A stretch of 63,092 nt of DNA, counting the filler, from Aduncisulcus paluster (lineage: Eukaryota): the NCBI GenBank assembly GCA_024181965.1. It is 5 parts of 5 records of this genome, joined end to end, with 100 filler letters (N's around TTAATTAATTAA, not from the genome) between each part and the next. Parts side by side here need not be neighbours in the genome. Positions count along the whole stretch, not along the records: positions 32,137 to 63,092 come from BQXS01011316.1; 4 more parts are not named here. The stretch is one strand, 5' to 3'. The translations under genes were made by a program, and so were the position numbers. The notes beneath the pieces are model-generated. The model saw nothing but the letters and a program-made list of their open reading frames with translations, was not told where the DNA came from and did not search any database. Positions 47,281-60,131 of this stretch are shown one piece after another (the first letter of the stretch is position 1; each line of letters opens with the position of its first letter).

Positions 47281-50200
47281 TCACAGAAATTTCTTCTTTT
47301 TTGCAATTAGCTGAAGCTGGAGAACATCAGAATGCCGCCTGCTAAGCGGAGAACCTGCCGATATCCGAAGAGAGCCATCATACAGTCGGTCTGTTCCATC
47401 AATCAGTCGTTGAGCAGCTTCATCTGCAACTGTCTTTTTCCTTTCCTTCCTTGGGGAGTCAATGAGATCCTCGGCATCAAGGATAACATGGGACCCGATC
47501 AAGGGACCTCCATTATTCTTTTTCTTTGTCTCATTCCCTCTCCCTTTCACTTTTACAGAACGTGCCATTGGTGTAATCAATCGAGATGTTCCCTTCTGAT
47601 CCTTTGTAAAAATGTTATCAAAACCATCATGAGATGTAGATAATTCACCAGAAACATGGCCAGAAGGGGCTTCACCAGATAAATCATCTCCATCTTCACG
47701 TCGAAGGATCTTTGATTCATCAATATCAAGGAATTGTGAATCAGGAGAGAAGGACGAAACTCGCCATTTTGCATCCCTTTCCTTTCGTTTCTGGATCACA
47801 GATTCCTTATTTTTCTCAAACTCAGGGATTAAATAAGCCATTTTGCCTTGATGTTCCTCAAGAACTCTCTTCATTGTTCGCAAGACCTGTTGGATATTCG
47901 AATCCCCAGAGATACAGCTTAAAATGGCCTCTCCATGTATGCTACTCTCTGGTTCGTCCAATAAACCACGAATAATACTCACAACGGAATCAAGATCGAT
48001 CATATCGACCATTCGTGAGAAAACAACACTAACAAGATGTGACACAAGGTCTTCATTTGCAGAAGTCACATAATACTTCATACAGAACAATACAAGAGCA
48101 GAGGAAAGGGCATTGCCGATAGAGACAAGTTCATATCGTCTCCCTTCATCAAATAGGCCAGAATATGTGGAAATATCAACGAATTGACGTGATTGGACAT
48201 CCTCGGAGCGAGAAGAAGATGTCGAGGGAGCTGAGGGGGGTGACACAGGGCGTTGTCCAGGAGAATTAAGATCTGTGATGGTTAGGGATCCTCTCCTCCC
48301 AAAACGAGGAGATATTAAAGAATGTTGTTCCTTTGCTGCTTCAAGCTTCAATTTAATTCCTCTGATCCGAGCTGCTTCTTCCTGCTTTTTCTTCTTCTTT
48401 TCCTCTTCTTTCCTCTTCAAAGCATGTTCTTCTTTCGAATAAATAATTCCACTTCTATGCTTAAGATTGATATTTATATGCTCTCCAAACGTTCTTCCAT
48501 ACCCTCCTTCGTTCTCTTTTCTGATCTGGATGGCTCTGGCATGAGCAAGTTTCATCAATATCCCTTTCAAAGTCTTTCCACTCTGACTGATCGTGTACAC
48601 ATCATCGTCCACCTCAGACTTTGTAGACTGGGCAGTGGATGCACGAGAACCACCATCAAACCCAACGCCAGAAGCATTCTCGATCATTGATTGTCTCTGG
48701 ATCTGCATCCTTTCCTCTTGGACATTCTTGATACGATCCATGAGTTTGTTCCCACCTCCCCGACCTCCACCACCCTTGAGATTCTTTATACCTTCCTTAT
48801 AGTTGATGTCCAAGATGGCTGGCTTCTCTCGCGACAAGTCAAACTCATGGGCGGTGTGGAGCATCGTTTCAATATAGTTGTTCAACCCAGACAGTTCTTT
48901 GTCAGTATTCTTTTGGATTTCCACTGTAAGATGGATCAGATCCATGGGGGTCATATGCAGCGACTCGAGAGATACTTCTTTCTTGGGATCAACGGGTTCA
49001 ACATGAAGAGACTTCCGAAGTTTCATCTTATCAAGAGCGATCACATCATCAGTGGGAATAGCAGCAACATGGGAGTCGGATTCAAGTTCAGGCGGGACAC
49101 GGATCTGTGATTCAAAGTTCGTTAGTTGCCTCTCGACCAATCCGAGTTTCTGAAAAACTTTGTCAACCTTCGATGTGTTTTCAGTCAAATCTTTAAATAA
49201 ACCAATCTTTTTGTCAGTTCCAAATGTTTGATATTCAGAATGATGGATCTCACTGACAAGCCTTCCCAAGGTCTTAAAGTTCTTAATTCGAGTTTTGGCT
49301 GGTTCAAATCTGACTTCGTACTCATCCTTCTTCTTCCTTCTCCTCGACATCACACTAGAACTCCTTGACGAACTCATACCAAGACTTGACCTTGGCCGAG
49401 CTCTTGGTTGGGGAGTCTTCGAACGTTGGCGATTACTGACGGCTTCCTTCAATGATTTAGCATATCCAGACACATTTGCTGCGAGTTTGTTGGCCATACG
49501 ATAACTTTGCATTGTTCTTGCAGGAGATATCGCAGATAAGTAGTGAGTTGTTGAGTGAGGTCTATGAGAAACATAAGGGGATGGAGAGTTCTCTTGATGT
49601 TTGTCAGAGACAGCTTTGATAGGGAATATGTTGGGCCTTCCATCTGAATGCTCACTCAATGAGGGTTCATCGATTATTCCAGAAGAAAGATCATCCACAG
49701 ATACTTCTTGGATATCTCCAATCGTCATTGGATGGTCAAACGGAGCGTGTGAGAGTGTAGCTGCAATCGCACTCCCAGGTCTTTTTCTGAAACCAGGAGC
49801 AAGGCTAGGCGATGGAACAGTGGACCGTGACGTGGATCCCTTTCCAGGAATTCTTGCAAGCATTGATGAGGGCCGTTTAATAGTGGCTGCTGCGAACATG
49901 GAAGACATTGTGGCACCTCCTTCCTTCACTTCCTCACGTGTGATGTCATCACGATGGAGTTCTTTCAAGACTTCCTCACGGTCGGCAACAGAGAGTTGCG
50001 AAGAATTGAGGATATCTTTCATTGGAACTCTCCTCTTCTTTCTCATCTCAATTTCCCTTGAATGAAGAATTTGTTTTGTTAAGGTGTATATCTGTCCGGC
50101 GGGATCGGCAGAGAGCATCGACAAGGAATTGGCAGAGTTGTTCATGAATATCTTATGACGCTGATAAGTCTTCTCTCGTCCGGCTGCAATATCTTTCAGG

Positions 50201-52960
50201 TTGGTGCGATGTTTGTGAATGGTCTCTTTTCTTTTTCTAGAGATCACATTGTCTTGGGCATCACGGAGAGCTCGTTTCGTAGAATCATACACGGAGAATC
50301 CTTTCTTTGCCAAATGCGCATTAGTAACTTGGGAAAGAAGCTCATTTCTTCTGATTTGGACTGTAATATCCTTGACTTTTTCAGATAACTTTTTCTGACC
50401 CCCAATAATCAAATCGACTTTCTTCCCCGTGTCAGCTCCAATCTTCTTTAGATGTGATCGTTCTTCAGTCGAGAGACGGTGTAATGTCCGTTTGTGCGTC
50501 TCTCTCTGATGTTTCAGCTCCCTTTCCATCAATTCAGTGAACATAACATGTTGATCCAACGCAGATACAGTTCGTCTTGGAAGGAAAGGAAGATCCCCAT
50601 CGATCTCCATACTTTCTCCTTGCTCATTGGTGGTGGATTTGTACGAGGCAAGGGCAGAGGCGGCACGAACAGATTGACTGGCACCTTCCAACCTCTTGGC
50701 CTTTTCTTGCTTATCTAGATCTCTCAACACTTTCTTAACTCGTCCTGTGGGGGTAATAGCTCGTTCGAATGTTATTTCTTCATCTTCAAACGCAAGAGGA
50801 GCATTCAACAGCCGTGTAGTCAGAATATGTGGTTCCAAATGGGCTTCACCATACTCATCTCGGTCTCTATTCTCATCAATGGCTCGTTTCTTAAATGTTT
50901 CCATCTTTGTGTGATTCATAACTTCCTTCTCGGCCTGTCTACGAGTGTTTCTGCTTTGCACGGCTATGTGAGAAGCACTGATCTCCTGTTCTTGGTCCTT
51001 TTCCCTTGGTAATACTTGGGCGATGGCATCCAAAAACGTATCTTTCTTCCTCCTACGCCTTGAATATGGCGGAATCGGAGGAGGAGTGTCAGGGTGAACA
51101 TGAAGAGAGAGGAACAACTTCTCAGAGTCTGTTGCTCTGCTTCCAGGTCGAACAAGGGAGTGTGGAGAAGGCGGGGAGTCATCATCACCAGGGAATGTCA
51201 CTTTTGACGCAGGTCTGAGTTGCCCAGGAGTTAATGGAGCTTTGTTGGGCAGGGGACTCTCAAGAGCAGACATGGCAGCAGCAGCGGCGGCATCCCTGAT
51301 TCGTTCATCCTCTTTCCTTCGTTTTAAAGCAGCTCCAAGCTTCTCTTTGGACATCTTATCACCTTCATGGAGCACATCTCTCACGTCTGGTAAATATAAC
51401 CTTTCTTCGTGTTTTCCTTGTTCTTTTTCTTTCCTTTCNNNNNNNNNNNNNNNNNNNNATGGCAGCAGCAGCGGCGGCATCCCTGATTCGTTCATCCTCT
51501 TTCCTTCGTTTTAAAGCAGCTCCAAGCTTCTCTTTGGACATCTTATCACCTTCATGGAGCACATCTCTCACGTCTGGTAAATATAACCTTTCTTCGTGTT
51601 TTCCTTGTTCTTTTTCTTTCCTTTCCTTTGTAAGCCTGTCCATCTTAGATTTCTCGTAAGGAGTTGGATGTACAAGTTCGTTTGATGGAGATGTTGGTCT
51701 GAATGCATTTCCAGTCATATATTGTGTTGTTCCGCTTTTAAAGTCGTCGCCATGGAGTCTGGAGCCAAGACGGGAGGATTTTTTACGTTCTTCATCTCGA
51801 ATGGTTAAATCTGTGCGATCTGTTAAGAAACGCCATTCTTCTTCGTTGTAGAGAGAGCGAACACTGTCCACATCAGCTGGAGAGCGAAGAAGAGAGCGGA
51901 CACGCTTGGCACTCTTGACTTTCTTTTTAGTTTCAACAAGAGCTTTTTGCTTGGCTCTTTGACGGGCTTGGAGTATTCTTGAAGTGAGAGGTCCCGACAC
52001 AGAAGGAGGATTCCGATAAAACACCATATGTGCATCTTTCCAAGGTTTACGGGCCAATTGTATCGTTTGCAGTTGTTTTGTGGCGGCTTTTACACCCTGA
52101 TCAAGCTCTTCCATGGTGATATCCTGCTTGTTGAGGCTAATTAGATTGGGGAAAGGTCCTGATCTTGGAGTTGGCACAGTTTCCATGTCAAAATACACGT
52201 CGAAGTCACCACGACGCCCTACCTGGGAGTCTAGCACGCTTGATGGTGGATTGTGACCAGGAATTACCCCAGAATATGCGAGTTTTGCCATCGAACGTGA
52301 TGTAAAAACTTTCGAGTGGATGATTCGATGAAGAGCATCAACTTCTTTTGATTGAGATATTTTTGATGATATATTAAGAGTTTTTTTGCGAGATTTTGTA
52401 CCCATTTGATCATTAGAATTGGTTGAATCAAGTTGATGTTTTGGTTTTGGAGTTTTCTTTTTCTTAGGTTCATATTTTTCAGGTTCTATTCCGCTAAGGA
52501 GATCTTTAATTGGTATCACATCCCTTTCTTCCAGAGCATCTTGAGTTGAATATGGAATACGACATAAAAGATGATCAATCAAATGAATTCTGGATTCAAT
52601 GAGAGGGATGGGATTTCCTATTATATTAAGCTCTTTTAATTGTTTTAACTGTCCAAGAGCTGCAATGTCTTTGAGATCTATAATTAAATTGTAACTTATA
52701 TCCAGAGTTTCAAGGAGAGGGAATGACTGGCTAAGAAAAAACCCTGGCAACACTTCTATCTTATTAAATGAAATATTTAATGACTTTAAACCCCTGAAAA
52801 CTTTCAAACTTTTTGGGAAATATGTAAGGGACGCCCTTCGTAAGAATATTTCTTCGATACCCTCACGGATTTCTGGGAGTAAACCAAACAACTTCTGTAC
52901 AGATTCGGGAAGATCTGATATATCAAATGAGTATGAATCTTCTATTACATCCTCATCCAT
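47281..52960 (-). CDS. Very large protein with N-terminal LRRs and long coiled-coil/low-complexity regions; one gene split by the 20-N gap 51439-51458
   Basis: LKSLNISFNKI, LETLDISYNLI, LKELNIIGNPI. The segment ERKEKEQGKHEE...RDAAAAAA occurs on both sides of the gap (51272-51438 and 51459-51625), so the two ORFs overlap and fuse. Confidence 0.8.
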
Positions 52961-53359
52961 TACTGTCAAAAGATGAAATTTGTTTTTCGAGAATTTTCTA
53001 TTGAAAAAGTTCACATATTAACCTATAGAATGCACTATTATGGTTTGTTTGGTAATAAATTTTACTTAGATTCTTAATTTAACCAATGAATAAAGGAGAT
53101 ATCGTTAAGTTCATTTTTTGATTGTTATAAAGCATTTATCAGAATTTAAGGAAATAAATACTTTTCTACGATCTGTAAACTCTAAGAATACTGAAATTTA
53201 TCTTAAATTAGTGGAGGAATGAAACATACCTTCTTGGAAGTGAAAGAAAGTCAAAAAACATCCAAATATATTTTTTATATCTTCAAACCATCGTCAAGAA
53301 ACTTACCTTCATAAAGATATCTTTGTTGAAAACATAAATGAACGAATCCTGACAATTCA

Positions 53360-55537
53360 TTCACCTTCCGAAACCCCATATTATTCCTCCTAAATAAAAA
53401 CCAATAACATACAAACCATTTCCAATCCCGAGAACGATCAAATGGAAATAAATACAATAATATGATAAAATTAAATAGATTAAACGTACTGTCTGCTAAT
53501 AATTGTAATTCTGTTGGCACTCTCACACCGTTTCCGCTGGATGTAAGAGCATACACAAGATCCTCTGCAAATTTCATCTCTGATTCCATAATAAATGTTA
53601 CTGATACACCTGTTCTTGCAGCTCTTCCCGTTCTTCCGACTCTATGGACATAATCTTCAATATGGGAAGGAACAGAGAAGTTAATTACAAGACCAAGACC
53701 TGGTACATCGATTCCTCTTGCCGCAACACTTGTTCCAACCAAAATATCTATCTTGTCATCTTCTGAGCCTTCTCTCTTGCTTTGTGCCTGATGATAGAAA
53801 GATAATGAGGAAAAATCTATTTCTTCTTCGTGACTTTGTTTGAATCGTTGAAGAACCTTGACTCTCTCATCTTGCTCTTCTCCTCCATGGATGAGACCAA
53901 CTCTGAATCCAGCAAGGATTAGAGTGGCAGTTAGGGAGGTGGCTTCCTCTTGAGTTGTCGTGAATATGAGAACTTTATGGATGTTTGAAACCCACGTCTC
54001 ATCACAAAATCTATATATAGATTCATTCTGTCCCTTCTTCTTCTCTTTCCTCCTCTTCTTCTCTTTCCTTCTCTTCTTCTTTCTCTTCTTCTTTCTCTTC
54101 TTCTGCATGTCTTTTCTTGTCTGTCTCACCATCAGTAACTTCAAGAGAGCCAAATGCACAGTTAACTTCTTCAACCAGTGCTCTAAAAATAGAATCGGAG
54201 TCAGCACCAGAGCTATGGCGAACGGCAGCAGGAAGATCTAAGCTTATCTCTTCTTCCTTACCGACTTTGTCTTTAAGAGAAGATCTTTTGAGCCGTTCTT
54301 GATGCACCAAAATCTTTGAATGGGCCCATATTTTCAATACTCTTAGACATTCATGAAGTCTATCTTCCTGACGAGAAAGGACACACACAAATTGCTTGAC
54401 ACTTCTCGATGGAAGCGCTCGACCACCGACGAATACTTCACAGTGCATTTGGTGTTTTTTCTTCTCCTTGTGGATAGTGTGATACAGTTTGTTAAGACGC
54501 TTTGTAATCGAAGTTAATGACATTTTTGAAGTTGGATCTGCCGTTAAATTTTCCTTTTCACACGTTTCTTTAGCCTTTTTCAGTTTCTTCACCTCAAGGT
54601 CGAGCTGTTTGACTCTTTCTTTCTCAGCGGCCAATTCGTCCTTATCTCGACCACGAGAGAACAATTCATTAGCTAATTTAGATAAATACTTTGGAAATGT
54701 TGCAGAGAACATGCATAATTGTCGATCGGGTCGCAATATTGAGAAAATAGTCTGAATTTGAGGCTCAAAACCTTCATCGAAGATTCGATCGGCTTCATCC
54801 AAAACAACGAATGAAACCCGGTTTAAATTCGTAATTTTCCCATTGCTAACTGTTAAGGTCTGCAATAATCGACCTGGAGTACAAATAACAATCTCACAAC
54901 CTCTTTTTAAAGAACTCATTTGAAACTTCACTTCACTCCCTCCAAACACACAAACGACACGTATTTTAATACTTTCAGCAAAATCTTGAATTTCCTGTGC
55001 AATTTGAATAACCAATTCACGGGTATGAACGAGTACAAGAGCGATTGGACCTTCCCCGGGCAAAGAACGACGTTGAGCACTAACATGACGAAGCATGGGA
55101 ATAGCATATGCCAATGTTTTACCACTTCCTGTTTCAGCACAGGCCAACACATCACGACCATGAAGGAGTAATGGCAAAGCTTGCATTTGGATAGCTGTTG
55201 GATTTTTGAATCTTTTGGCTTTGATAACATTCATAAATGGAGTAATCAAACCCAATTGATCCCAATTTTGAATTGGAGTAAGAACATCATTTCCAGCAAC
55301 ACGAATCTGATGAGTGGAGCGAAATTCATCAACTTCACATTTTGTCATCTCTGCTAGAGATTCTACTTCTGAATAAAATTCCTTTTCTATGGGTTTTAAT
55401 TCAATTTTCTTTTGAGAAGACAACAGAACGGATCTTCTCTTGAGAACTCGGTCTTTAGATAGTTCTTCATGTGATATAATTTTTGGTTTAAATTTCTCTC
55501 TTGTATTCCAACATCCAGGCAACGGTTCTTCGTACAT
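53360..55537 (-). CDS. PRP5: DEAD-box RNA helicase Prp5/DDX46; frameshift at about 54030-54070; 3' end probably spliced
   Basis: PTAIQ, AETGSGKT, TREL, TPGRL, GKITNLNRV..VVLDEADR..D.GFEPQI and SATFP. The second frame has GTSVAARGIDV and DYVHRVGRTGRA. GTACGT donor at 53489. Confidence 0.82.
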
Positions 55538-55598
55538 ATATATAGTAGATGCGGCAAAATTGCATGATTAAATCAAAAATCCATTTGTCAACCATTGA

Positions 55599-58500
55599 AT
55601 GGATCGATCATCATCTATTCACGAAACTGAGGAAAAAATACGTGAATATGCGTCCAAACTAGTTTCTTTATGCGATCACATTCAGGATCAGCTTGTTAGA
55701 GAAGAACGTCTCGTATCCTCTTCAAAAACAAAAGTAATGGATGTACACTATATTGATTCAAATGGTGACAAAAGAAATGTATTTAAATCCCTCGGATTAT
55801 TAAGCTCTTATCATGATATTGCGTGTGGTCTTGAAGAAACGTTAAAATCCTCCGTATCTGATCATTTTCAAGGCATATATAACGAAAAATTTAAGGAATT
55901 ATTGGCATTTTATTCCATTCCTGATATTAAAAAAAGAATAGCCGAAGTTAATTCGATAAATAAGACAATCAGTTCATATTCTGCCGGTACATGTTCCACT
56001 GATGATGAAGCTGAAATTAAGTCGATTATGGATCTCATAGTTAACTCTCTTCGTGGAATCCCCGTCCCTCCCAGCGTGTTTGATGAGTTTGATAAAGAGT
56101 ATGGTGGCAAGATATCTGAAATCATCTCTCAGATTATAAAAGAACTTAAAACTCCTCAAAAATTGGCACAAACCATTGTGGGTCAGGGTTCAGATCCGGC
56201 TAATCCTGCGATTGCCCATTTATTGGAACAACACATCTCAAAATGCACTAAAACTTGCGTGTATAAAGGTGAAATAATTCCCTTATTAGAAAGACGATTG
56301 TTATGTATTATTGTAAAAGAACATCTTAAATCGCTTCAGGAAGCACAAGTACTTGCACTGGATTCCAAAATTAAAGACTTGGAACGTGGGAAAAAAGATG
56401 ATTCTCGAAAATTTGACGAGAAAAAACGTAAAACGATGTCTCAATTGAGATCTCAAGACATTGTATCTGCATTATATGGCTTGTTTGATGAACACCCTCC
56501 AAAGGGTTCAATATCTTTCATTTCTCAAAGATTTAAACAAACCATAAAAGAAAAACAGAATCAACATGATGTTTTTGGAGATAAACCCCATGATAAAGCA
56601 TCAGTTTCGACAGCTGACAAAACCTTTGGCCTAACCTCACAACAGTCAAGAAGCTGCTCTCGTTCTTCCTTGCCTACCATCTCAGCCCAAAATACATGGG
56701 ATAAATTAAAGGATTATTTCTCATCCTTGTCTAATATATCAAATAATGGTCTATTATCACTCAAACAAACCCAGATGTCATATTCTGAAGGGTCTCTGGA
56801 AGTGGATCTTCTCTTGTCAGTCAATGAGGCTTCTGTGAAACCCACTTACAGTGAAGATGTGAAATCTACAAGTCAAAGTTCACAAGGGAAGGGAAAAGAA
56901 GGCGAGCAGGAAGAGAAGGAAGACTCTATTGTAAAGGAGAGTCGTGCTGAAGAACTCACAGAAGTCAGAAAGGATGAAGAGGAGGAAACCCACGATGGAA
57001 GTGTTTCTCAAGTTCCAATTATAACTTCTGATAGCCATTCCTCAAGGGCATCTCTGTCAAAGCTCTTCCCGATGGAAATCCACATCTCCTTCTCTCCTTC
57101 TCTTGAAATTAGTGCAATGTTACGCACAGCTGCAATTCCTGAACCCATTTCTATATCTCGAATCCTTACTCTTATGGGCGGTGTCCAAATACCTTCCAAA
57201 CCAGTGCATCATTCTTCCTCTTCCTCTTCCTCTTCCTACTCTGAGTTATATTCAAAGTCTTCAGCCAGAAAGAGGAGATTTAGCAGTGCTGTAGACAGAT
57301 ATGACCAATTAAACGCTTCATATGGACATTCTCAAACAATGCATTATCACGACAGTTCTGAGGGTGCTTCTGGTTCTTTGCTATTGCCTCCCTCATTGCG
57401 AATGTTCTCTTCTTTGCCCTCATCGGCACAAGAAATCTTTGGCTTTCAGGATAAAGTTTCAACGTTTTATCCCATTTCAGATCCCTCTTTTCCTGTGTTT
57501 GTACCCATTGTTAAGAATATATGTCAGCGTCTGCTTGAAGCGTGTTCATACATATTTCACTGGGAAACATCTGTCACGAAATCCAATGAAAGTATATCCA
57601 TTGCCAATGATCTTTCTCAACCTCGTCTATCAATAGATTCCTCACTTTCTTCCCTCATTGTTCCTTTGTTAGAAAGTATGCCGACTCTTGATCCGTCAAA
57701 TCCCGCCCAATTCAGTCCTTTTGATGAACATGTTATGTTCGCACGATTGCTATGCAGCGATTTAATTGTTCAGAATGAGATTATTGCAGTGCGATACTGC
57801 TGTCCAAATGTAGGATCCCAGAAGGGGTCTAGCAAAAAGAGGAAGAATGGATATGACGAGGATTCCAAACAATCAGTATCTCAGGCACCATTTCCTTTAC
57901 CCTTATCAAGCTCTTTCGAGATAGTTTCAGACCTTGTTCGCGTTGAACTGTTCGATGATATCATTGCAGAAGATCAAGATCAAATTAAAACTGACGTGGA
58001 ACAAGAAAAAGACACTCACCGACAACAAGGAACCGGTCACAAGTCGTCAAAACTATCCAACGCAAAGAGTTATATTATGACGAATGCAGTGGCTTTTCCT
58101 CACCCTGGATGTGGAATTATTCACACCATTCAAATGCATTTCTCTCAATTCCTCTGTGTTGGTCTAAAAATAGACATTCTCAATGGATGTCAATCTATTT
58201 TTATCACCTCTACCAAAGGTTCCCCTTCTCTCAGTGTGTATGAACGTGAGATCCTTGAGATGCTGACCCACTTGAGTTTCAGGAACTCAGTCATTGAATT
58301 TGATACATCCAAACGGGGACTTAAGAAGTTTATTATCCCATTTTCAGCCCTTCACTCAATATCCCGTGTTCCTTATCTCACTGGAATGAAATCTATTATC
58401 TCAAGTTGTATGGTAGGTCTCTTTCGAAGTTGTCAAGACGTTTGGAATGGCATTGAACTGTGTAATCGTGAGGGTAGATCTTTGGACTCGTTTGAGGCTA

Positions 58501-58946
58501 CAAGGGAGTTCTTCAACATTAATCCTCCTTGCACTATTCCGGCATTCTCTTTCCTCTTCTTCCTCGTGTATGCCTTGGTCGGTGTGAGTCTGTGTTCATC
58601 GGTGTGTAAATGTCCTTCCTCCTCAATCTCACATCTCATTGATAATCTTCAGATGTTACGGCCTTCCCACACTGCTGGAAAATATCGAAATGGAACAGAA
58701 ATCCGGTTTAAACTTCAAAACTCACAAATTGAACAAGAAAAAACTGACGAAAAACAGTCATACGTGGAAACAGAAATATATGGCGTTAGATCATGGAAAA
58801 CTGATTCAAAACATAATTTTCTGACATTTTCTTCGCCATTTTTAAAATATATTCTCTATGATTTCCCAGATTTCGAAGAAAAGATACCATTTCCAGTCAT
58901 GACTGGTGAAATGCAATTTGACACAAAATTCCACATTTATCTTTGA
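55599..58946 (+). CDS. Hypothetical 1115-aa protein
   Basis: Long ATG-initiated ORF. No family recognised. Confidence 0.8.
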   Translation: MDRSSSIHETEEKIREYASKLVSLCDHIQDQLVREERLVSSSKTKVMDVHYIDSNGDKRNVFKSLGLLSSYHDIACGLEETLKSSVSDHFQGIYNEKFKELLAFYSIPDIKKRIAEVNSINKTISSYSAGTCSTDDEAEIKSIMDLIVNSLRGIPVPPSVFDEFDKEYGGKISEIISQIIKELKTPQKLAQTIVGQGSDPANPAIAHLLEQHISKCTKTCVYKGEIIPLLERRLLCIIVKEHLKSLQEAQVLALDSKIKDLERGKKDDSRKFDEKKRKTMSQLRSQDIVSALYGLFDEHPPKGSISFISQRFKQTIKEKQNQHDVFGDKPHDKASVSTADKTFGLTSQQSRSCSRSSLPTISAQNTWDKLKDYFSSLSNISNNGLLSLKQTQMSYSEGSLEVDLLLSVNEASVKPTYSEDVKSTSQSSQGKGKEGEQEEKEDSIVKESRAEELTEVRKDEEEETHDGSVSQVPIITSDSHSSRASLSKLFPMEIHISFSPSLEISAMLRTAAIPEPISISRILTLMGGVQIPSKPVHHSSSSSSSSYSELYSKSSARKRRFSSAVDRYDQLNASYGHSQTMHYHDSSEGASGSLLLPPSLRMFSSLPSSAQEIFGFQDKVSTFYPISDPSFPVFVPIVKNICQRLLEACSYIFHWETSVTKSNESISIANDLSQPRLSIDSSLSSLIVPLLESMPTLDPSNPAQFSPFDEHVMFARLLCSDLIVQNEIIAVRYCCPNVGSQKGSSKKRKNGYDEDSKQSVSQAPFPLPLSSSFEIVSDLVRVELFDDIIAEDQDQIKTDVEQEKDTHRQQGTGHKSSKLSNAKSYIMTNAVAFPHPGCGIIHTIQMHFSQFLCVGLKIDILNGCQSIFITSTKGSPSLSVYEREILEMLTHLSFRNSVIEFDTSKRGLKKFIIPFSALHSISRVPYLTGMKSIISSCMVGLFRSCQDVWNGIELCNREGRSLDSFEATREFFNINPPCTIPAFSFLFFLVYALVGVSLCSSVCKCPSSSISHLIDNLQMLRPSHTAGKYRNGTEIRFKLQNSQIEQEKTDEKQSYVETEIYGVRSWKTDSKHNFLTFSSPFLKYILYDFPDFEEKIPFPVMTGEMQFDTKFHIYL

Positions 58947-59475
58947 ATATCTTAAATAAACAACGGAATTTAAAGAAAATAAAATTAATAAAATCAATAA
59001 AATTCACTCTGGATGTCACATTCATTGATACGGTATCAAAATCTGAAAATTTGACATTGGATAGACCAATAAAGCTCAAATTGTGTGTGTGAACAACTCT
59101 CCAGAATATATTTGGTACAGAGTCTGTACAGACAAACGTGTTCTATCGTGTCCTGAGTTCTCTTCATTTTTGTTTCCAAGTAAAAGATAGTTCTGGTGGC
59201 ATTGTATATCGGTAAAAAATTTTGAATGATCTCAATACTCGGAGTATTATGAAATCATACATTTGAGCTCCCGTGACAAAATTCACAATAGTTATTAAAA
59301 TTAATTATACGGTACGCGATTCTTTCAATTTTAAGGTTGATTCCGAAGCAGTTGCCTACTAGACATATTATAATATAATAGGAGTCCTATTTTTATGTGA
59401 AAACTCATTCCAACTACAAAACGTACGATATCACTTTCCACGATTGCCATGTTATCAATCCACGGTGAAATAGCA

Positions 59476-60131
59476 CACAAATCTCAGTATCAGATGATCA
59501 GGATCTGGCTTGGAGTTGGGGTGGAGGAAATGTCGTGTTCCAAAGCATCAGGTGATTAGATTCGTTACAGACATATGTATACCATCGTATTCCGAGTTCT
59601 TGATATTTTTGATTGTAAGCAAAAGCAAGTGAAAATGAACACTAACTAAAATGAACAGAAAGGCAAGGATACGGATAGAAATGAAATGGAAATATATTCA
59701 TGTTATTGAATGGCATTGAAATCGTTCATAAATGTTCTTAACACGTGAAATGGAACTATATGGAGTCCTGAGGAGTCCACGGAGCCTGAAAGTCGAGAAT
59801 AAACATAGAAATGAAAATAAAACAGGTTTTTATCATTTATTGGCATTAAACTCGTTTATTTGTTTTTTAAAATTTCCAATTTTATCAATTAATATTGAAG
59901 GTGAGGAGTCCTCCATTTTTTCTTGGCTTAAAAACAAATTGTATGTTTACTATATGTCACATCTTTTTTTAGATGTATATTAAAATTTATTTTAATTGGA
60001 TTCATTCAATTATACTAACTATATTGTGCTGTGTGGTCGTTTCTTGTTCGTTTTGTCTTTTTCTCGGACTATTCTCCTTGAAATTCATAATTCTATTTTT
60101 ATTCTAGATATAATATTCTATCTCTATTCAA
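59476..60131 (+). repeat. Conserved upstream region of the repeat-domain gene family (copy B), including a predicted 5'UTR intron 59941-60107
   Basis: Colinear with 7856-8452. GTATGT donor, TACTAAC branch site at 60013-60019 and CTAG acceptor. Confidence 0.9.

Noticed and set aside
51272-51625. Direct repeats around 20-N gaps (also at 26713 and 61770)
   Set aside because: Unmerged contig overlaps from scaffolding.
59765-59795. CTGAGGA-GTCC...GAAA resembling a hammerhead ribozyme core in the conserved leader
   Set aside because: Stem II does not close properly, stems I and III are not evident, and copy A has CTGAGGG...GAGA, which breaks the core.
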